A DNA stretch of 62,457 nt, counting the filler, from Chiloscyllium plagiosum (lineage: Eukaryota), in assembly GCF_004010195.1 (NCBI RefSeq). It is 3 parts of one record of this genome, joined end to end, with 100 filler letters (N's around TTAATTAATTAA, not from the genome) between each part and the next. Parts side by side here need not be neighbours in the genome. Positions count along the whole stretch, not along the records: positions 58,099 to 62,457 come from NC_057716.1; 2 more parts are not named here. The stretch is one strand, 5' to 3'. Numbering within the stretch: the first letter of the stretch is position 1; each line of letters begins with the position of its first letter. Under the pieces are notes generated by a model that was not told where the DNA came from, searched no databases, and saw nothing but the letters and a program-made list of their open reading frames with translations. Shown in pieces: positions 61,814 through 62,457 of the stretch. Made by a program: the position numbers and the translations under genes.

Positions 61814-62457
61814 ATGGGGTTTAAAATTGCAACTATTAATGTGCGCAGCATAAAATCTGCTGCGCGATGTGTTTCAACACTGGCCTTCCTGGCCAACGTG
61901 AAAGCTGATGTCCTCCCAGTTTCTGCAGGAGTGTGGGATACCGCACCTCAGCAGTTCCAGGAGATGGTCGAGCTTGTGGGCCCATGGGGCGTCAGTGTGG
62001 TCGGGGGGTAACGATAACCGCTCCTCGGGCCTGGGTATTCTGTTACGGGGAGGCAACTTCACCATCTCCGAGGTTAAGGAGGTGGTGGGCGGGCGCCTCC
62101 TCGTTGCTGATGTTACATACAGAAACGCTCCCGTGAGACTAATCAACATGTACGCCCCAGCGGGTAAGAGGGAACGGTTGGCCGTCCTGCAACAGCTTCC
62201 ACTGTTGCTGGCTACGTCCAGGCCGGTCATTCTGGCCGGAGACTTCAACTGGATCATCGATGCAGACGGACGATCCGGCGGGGGGGACAGTAAACTGGAC
62301 GCCACGTCCAGAGCCCTGATGGACACGGTCAAAGCCGCCAAGCTGCACGACATCTTCAGCACCCCTGCAGACGGAGCACAGCGTAGATATACATGGCCAC
62401 GGGCAGACGGGTCTATCCGCTCAAGGATAGATTACCTGTTTGTGTCCCGAACGCTCT
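61814..62457 (+). CDS. Tx1 ORF2 N-terminal APE endonuclease (partial, +1 frameshift near 61915)
   Basis: MGFKIATINVRSI..ADVL / FLQEC..GLGILL..INMYAP..LAGDFN..YTW..SRIDYLFVS; open from 61920 to the window end. Confidence 0.9.

Larger units (their letters stand above)
60159..62457 (+). mobile_element. Tx1-clade (L1 superfamily) non-LTR retrotransposon, Keno-like; 5' part, continues past the window
   Basis: U2 head, 5' UTR, ORF1 with 3 CCHC knuckles, 4-nt spacer, ORF2 APE endonuclease; GC/CpG-rich relative to the rest of the window. Confidence 0.88.

Overview
Non-genic, transposon-saturated vertebrate DNA, almost certainly from a cartilaginous fish (shark). This rests on about 13 HE1-like V-SINEs, many CR1/HER1-type LINE fragments sharing their 3' tail, and SacSINE1/DeuSINE-like relics. 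I could not support any host protein-coding exon; the recognisable ORFs are retroelement-derived, the long poly-X ORFs are gap artefacts, and the rest are unrecognised short ORFs. Main structures: (1) at the right end, a young, GC-rich Tx1-clade LINE (ORF1 with three CCHC knuckles, then the APE-endonuclease start of ORF2). It is headed by a U2 snRNA fragment missing 5 nt at the branch-site-recognition motif, so it resembles Keno, but it abuts a 27-bp minisatellite rather than a U2 gene. (2) More than 20 Penelope-like-element (PLE) terminal repeats carrying minimal hammerhead ribozyme cores of at least three sequence types. Many are fold-back insertions flanked by 13-16 bp duplications, and in two cases by ~75 bp and 379 bp duplications. 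(3) A same-strand cluster of ~10 decayed tRNA-like A/B-box units at 29.4-32.7 kb. (4) Two probable solo LTRs, two Tigger-like MITEs, a Rex1/Babar fragment, and a decayed 28-bp satellite. Family names come from motif recognition, not database searches. Boundaries of old repeats are approximate (+/- tens of bp).
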